From: a phage
Strand: one strand, 5' to 3'
Sequence record: PZ379182.1
DNA: 46,134 nt
Shown here: positions 44,051 through 46,134 of the stretch, piece after piece
Position numbering within the stretch: position 1 is the first letter of the stretch
Layout: every line of letters starts with the position of its first letter
Program-made: the position numbers and the translations under genes
The notes under the pieces: generated by a model
What the model saw: only the letters and a program-made list of their open reading frames with translations
Databases searched by the model: none
What the model was told of the DNA's origin: nothing

Positions 44051-45634
44051 ATGTTTGATTTCAATGAAGATAAACTATCTGTTGAGCAAGTTATGGCGAT
44101 CGCTGCCAATGACAACCTACCACCGCTTCGCGTGGCTATTAATGCCAATGGCTATCGACAGTCTCAATCGTTCTGGAAAGCACCTGTCGAGATTGATACA
44201 GGTAATGATAAGTATCCAGTAATCTCACTCGGTAATGATATTGATGTTGTTGGTAAGCTATCGGCTAATATCGCTCGCTCGGTTCAGTTCCCTGAGTCGT
44301 CAGCTTACATGCACTTTCTTGGTTGTGTTTCTGCTGCAATGCTTGGGCGTTTTACTGTCGAGTATCATGGAACCCAACAGCCAACATCTTTGTACGTGGT
44401 AACAAGTCAGCCGCCTTCAACTGGTAAATCAGCCATTAACTCGCTATCAATTGCGCCGATGATTGCTGAGACTGAGCGGTTGAATGAAGTACGTAAACGT
44501 GATCGAAAAAAGATTATGGCTAAACTGTCCGCTCTGGCTAAAGAGATGAAGCAGGAGAAATCACCTTCTGAAATGGCTTCACTTTTTGAGGAGAAGGAGG
44601 ATTTAGAGGAGAAGCTCGAGAAGCTATGCGATATAGTATTCCCTGTCTCCGATACTACTCCGGAAGGTCTTGCGCGAATCAACAATCGCCAGGGTAATTT
44701 TGCGGTAATCTCTGATGAGGCTACTAGCGTCAACTCACTGTTAGGCATGACTTACGGTGATGGCTCGAAGAAAACGAACAGCGAGCTCGTGCTGAAAGCA
44801 TGGGATGCAGGTAATGTGTCAATTGCCCGTGCGAACGCAGAAAATAACATGAGCTTTGTGGCTATGGGATGCATCTCCGTAATTGCTCAGGATGAAACAA
44901 TCAATGCCATTATGAATGCTGGTGCGCGTGGTATTGGTGTATCTGAGCGTTTCCTTCTGGTGCGTGAAAAATCATTTCTTGGCGACCGTGTATTTGTTGA
45001 TGAAAATGGTGATTCAACCTATGAGGCTATTGATGGCGGCCTGAAAGCAGACTATTTCCGTCTTGTTCATGAGATTATGAATGAAGTTGAAGTGAAACTT
45101 ACTGTAAGCGCGTCATCAATGCGTTACCTTAACCGCGCTCGTCAAGAGATGGAGCCTCATCTTGGTGATGGTGGCAAGTATTCTCACACAATGTTGCGCG
45201 GTGCTCTTGGTAAGTTTGATAAGCAAGCAATCCGCATCGCTTCTGTTCTGCACGTAATTCGTAACTGGTTCTCACCAGCCGGATCCAGCCCTCAAAAGTC
45301 AAGAGAGATTGAACTGGATACAATGCAGGAAGCGGTTATGATTTTCAACGAACTAAGCAAGACTTATTTATCATCCGCTAGTGCTGCTGGTCATGCTGGT
45401 GACAATGCCGAGATGAACAAGCTGGTTGATATCCTGATTAAGCAGGGCAAGAATGGTAAAGGTGTTGTTGGTGTTCGCTCGTTGTATGAGGCTGCACGCA
45501 AGGTTAAACCTTTTGAAGCTCAGGCTGGAATTATGACTCGCATTAAGGACCACTTGATTCCTATGCTTGATGAGAAAAACTACACATGCCTGATTGGTGA
45601 TAAAATTTACATTAATCCACGATTGCTGGGGTAA
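44051..45634 (+). CDS. P-loop NTPase (Walker A/B), possible replication ATPase/helicase
   Basis: Track ORF 44036..45634; ATG at 44051 follows GGAGAG; Walker A-like SQPPSTGKSA and Walker B-like FAVISDE. Confidence 0.55.
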   Translation: MFDFNEDKLSVEQVMAIAANDNLPPLRVAINANGYRQSQSFWKAPVEIDTGNDKYPVISLGNDIDVVGKLSANIARSVQFPESSAYMHFLGCVSAAMLGRFTVEYHGTQQPTSLYVVTSQPPSTGKSAINSLSIAPMIAETERLNEVRKRDRKKIMAKLSALAKEMKQEKSPSEMASLFEEKEDLEEKLEKLCDIVFPVSDTTPEGLARINNRQGNFAVISDEATSVNSLLGMTYGDGSKKTNSELVLKAWDAGNVSIARANAENNMSFVAMGCISVIAQDETINAIMNAGARGIGVSERFLLVREKSFLGDRVFVDENGDSTYEAIDGGLKADYFRLVHEIMNEVEVKLTVSASSMRYLNRARQEMEPHLGDGGKYSHTMLRGALGKFDKQAIRIASVLHVIRNWFSPAGSSPQKSREIELDTMQEAVMIFNELSKTYLSSASAAGHAGDNAEMNKLVDILIKQGKNGKGVVGVRSLYEAARKVKPFEAQAGIMTRIKDHLIPMLDEKNYTCLIGDKIYINPRLLG

Positions 45635-45637
45635 TTT

Positions 45638-45973
45638 ATGTACCTGCTCGACCTGTATAATTTCTGCGAAGGATACAAGAACTTCAACCGCCAGCACCTG
45701 GCAAGATTCATCTATAAGCACAAGGATTGCGCAAGGATGGCCAAGGCTGCCGGGGTTGATGAAAGGTATTTTGCCTCAAGTTGCTCGAAGGAGTTTATGG
45801 CGAGAATGCTTACGGCTGGGTATCTTGATGGAGTTAATGGAGTGTACTGGTGTAAGGGTTCAATTAAGCGACCATTTCAGTTTGAATTCATGAGCCTTGA
45901 AGGTAGGTCCAGTGATTACGTCAGTGAGATGATGAACATAGCCAACATGAGTGATGACGAATTGTTTGCATAA
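45638..45973 (+). CDS. hypothetical protein
   Basis: 111-aa ORF followed by a strong terminator. Confidence 0.5.
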   Translation: MYLLDLYNFCEGYKNFNRQHLARFIYKHKDCARMAKAAGVDERYFASSCSKEFMARMLTAGYLDGVNGVYWCKGSIKRPFQFEFMSLEGRSSDYVSEMMNIANMSDDELFA

Positions 45974-46006
45974 AAATAGCCCCATTACGGGGCTTTTTTG
46001 TTTTTC
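45974..46006. terminator. bidirectional intrinsic terminator
   Basis: AGCCCC-ATTAC-GGGGCT flanked by A-run and T-run. Confidence 0.7.
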
Positions 46007-46134
46007 CTGAATATCATTAAGAGCAGAATGATGATGACGCAAAACATGATTCCACTCCCAATCCACGGGATTGCAGACGAATCATTGTTGGTGATTTCAA
46101 TCTTCTCAGCCGTGATTGTTGATGCCTTGATTGA
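45985..46134 (-). CDS. hypothetical membrane protein, C-terminal fragment (gene continues beyond window)
   Basis: Frame open from the window edge to a TAA in the terminator loop; C-terminal hydrophobic segment IMFCVIIILLLMIF. Confidence 0.3.
   Translation of the reverse strand, partial: SIKASTITAEKIEITNNDSSAIPWIGSGIMFCVIIILLLMIFRKNKKAP

Noticed and set aside
45860-46066. ORF 45860..46066 (-)
   Set aside because: Overlaps the 3' end of the plus-strand gene 45638..45973 and spans the bidirectional terminator; a different frame ending in the terminator loop (45985..46134) with a hydrophobic segment is the more plausible partial gene
1-46134. CRISPR array, integrase/attachment site, or toxin-antitoxin pair
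   Set aside because: No regularly spaced direct repeats with spacers, no tyrosine/serine recombinase-like ORF and no repressor module were seen

Overview
This window reads as a nearly complete genome of a T1-like (Drexlerviridae-type) siphovirus of an enterobacterial host; no integrase or repressor module is visible, so it is probably virulent. All calls are made by eye from the sequence and the supplied ORF track; no searches were run, and coordinates I derived myself (start-codon adjustments, small ORFs, motifs) may be off by a few nucleotides. Layout: a leftward lysis cassette (holin, SAR endolysin, spanin) at 1-980; leftward early/replication genes (Pnk-like kinase and HAD phosphatase, HTH-metallophosphoesterase, VRR-NUC, SF2 helicase) to 7159; rightward regulator, primase and a long tail fiber (7261-11351); leftward SSB, ERF recombinase and exonuclease (11382-13768); a rightward methyltransferase / Cor-like lipoprotein island (14268-16275); then a long leftward morphogenesis operon (16306-41448) running small early genes, HNH, tRNA-Arg(CCU), terS, terL, portal, head genes, capsid, connectors, major tail, G/T chaperones, tape measure and lambda M-L-K-I-J-like tail tip genes; and a rightward early operon (42296-45973) with a 527-aa P-loop NTPase. 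Most notable: (1) a ~250-bp AT-rich module present twice, once at each large divergent intergenic region; (2) a three-part intergenic cassette repeated at least 14 times at gene junctions; (3) a self-contained HNH-AP2 homing-endonuclease gene inserted antisense between tape measure and tail chaperone genes; (4) several replication/early genes (helicase, kinase, phosphatase, small genes) with interrupted reading frames while all structural genes are intact. I did not find a clearly novel multi-gene defence or anti-defence system; the strongest candidates are listed as findings with how to test them.
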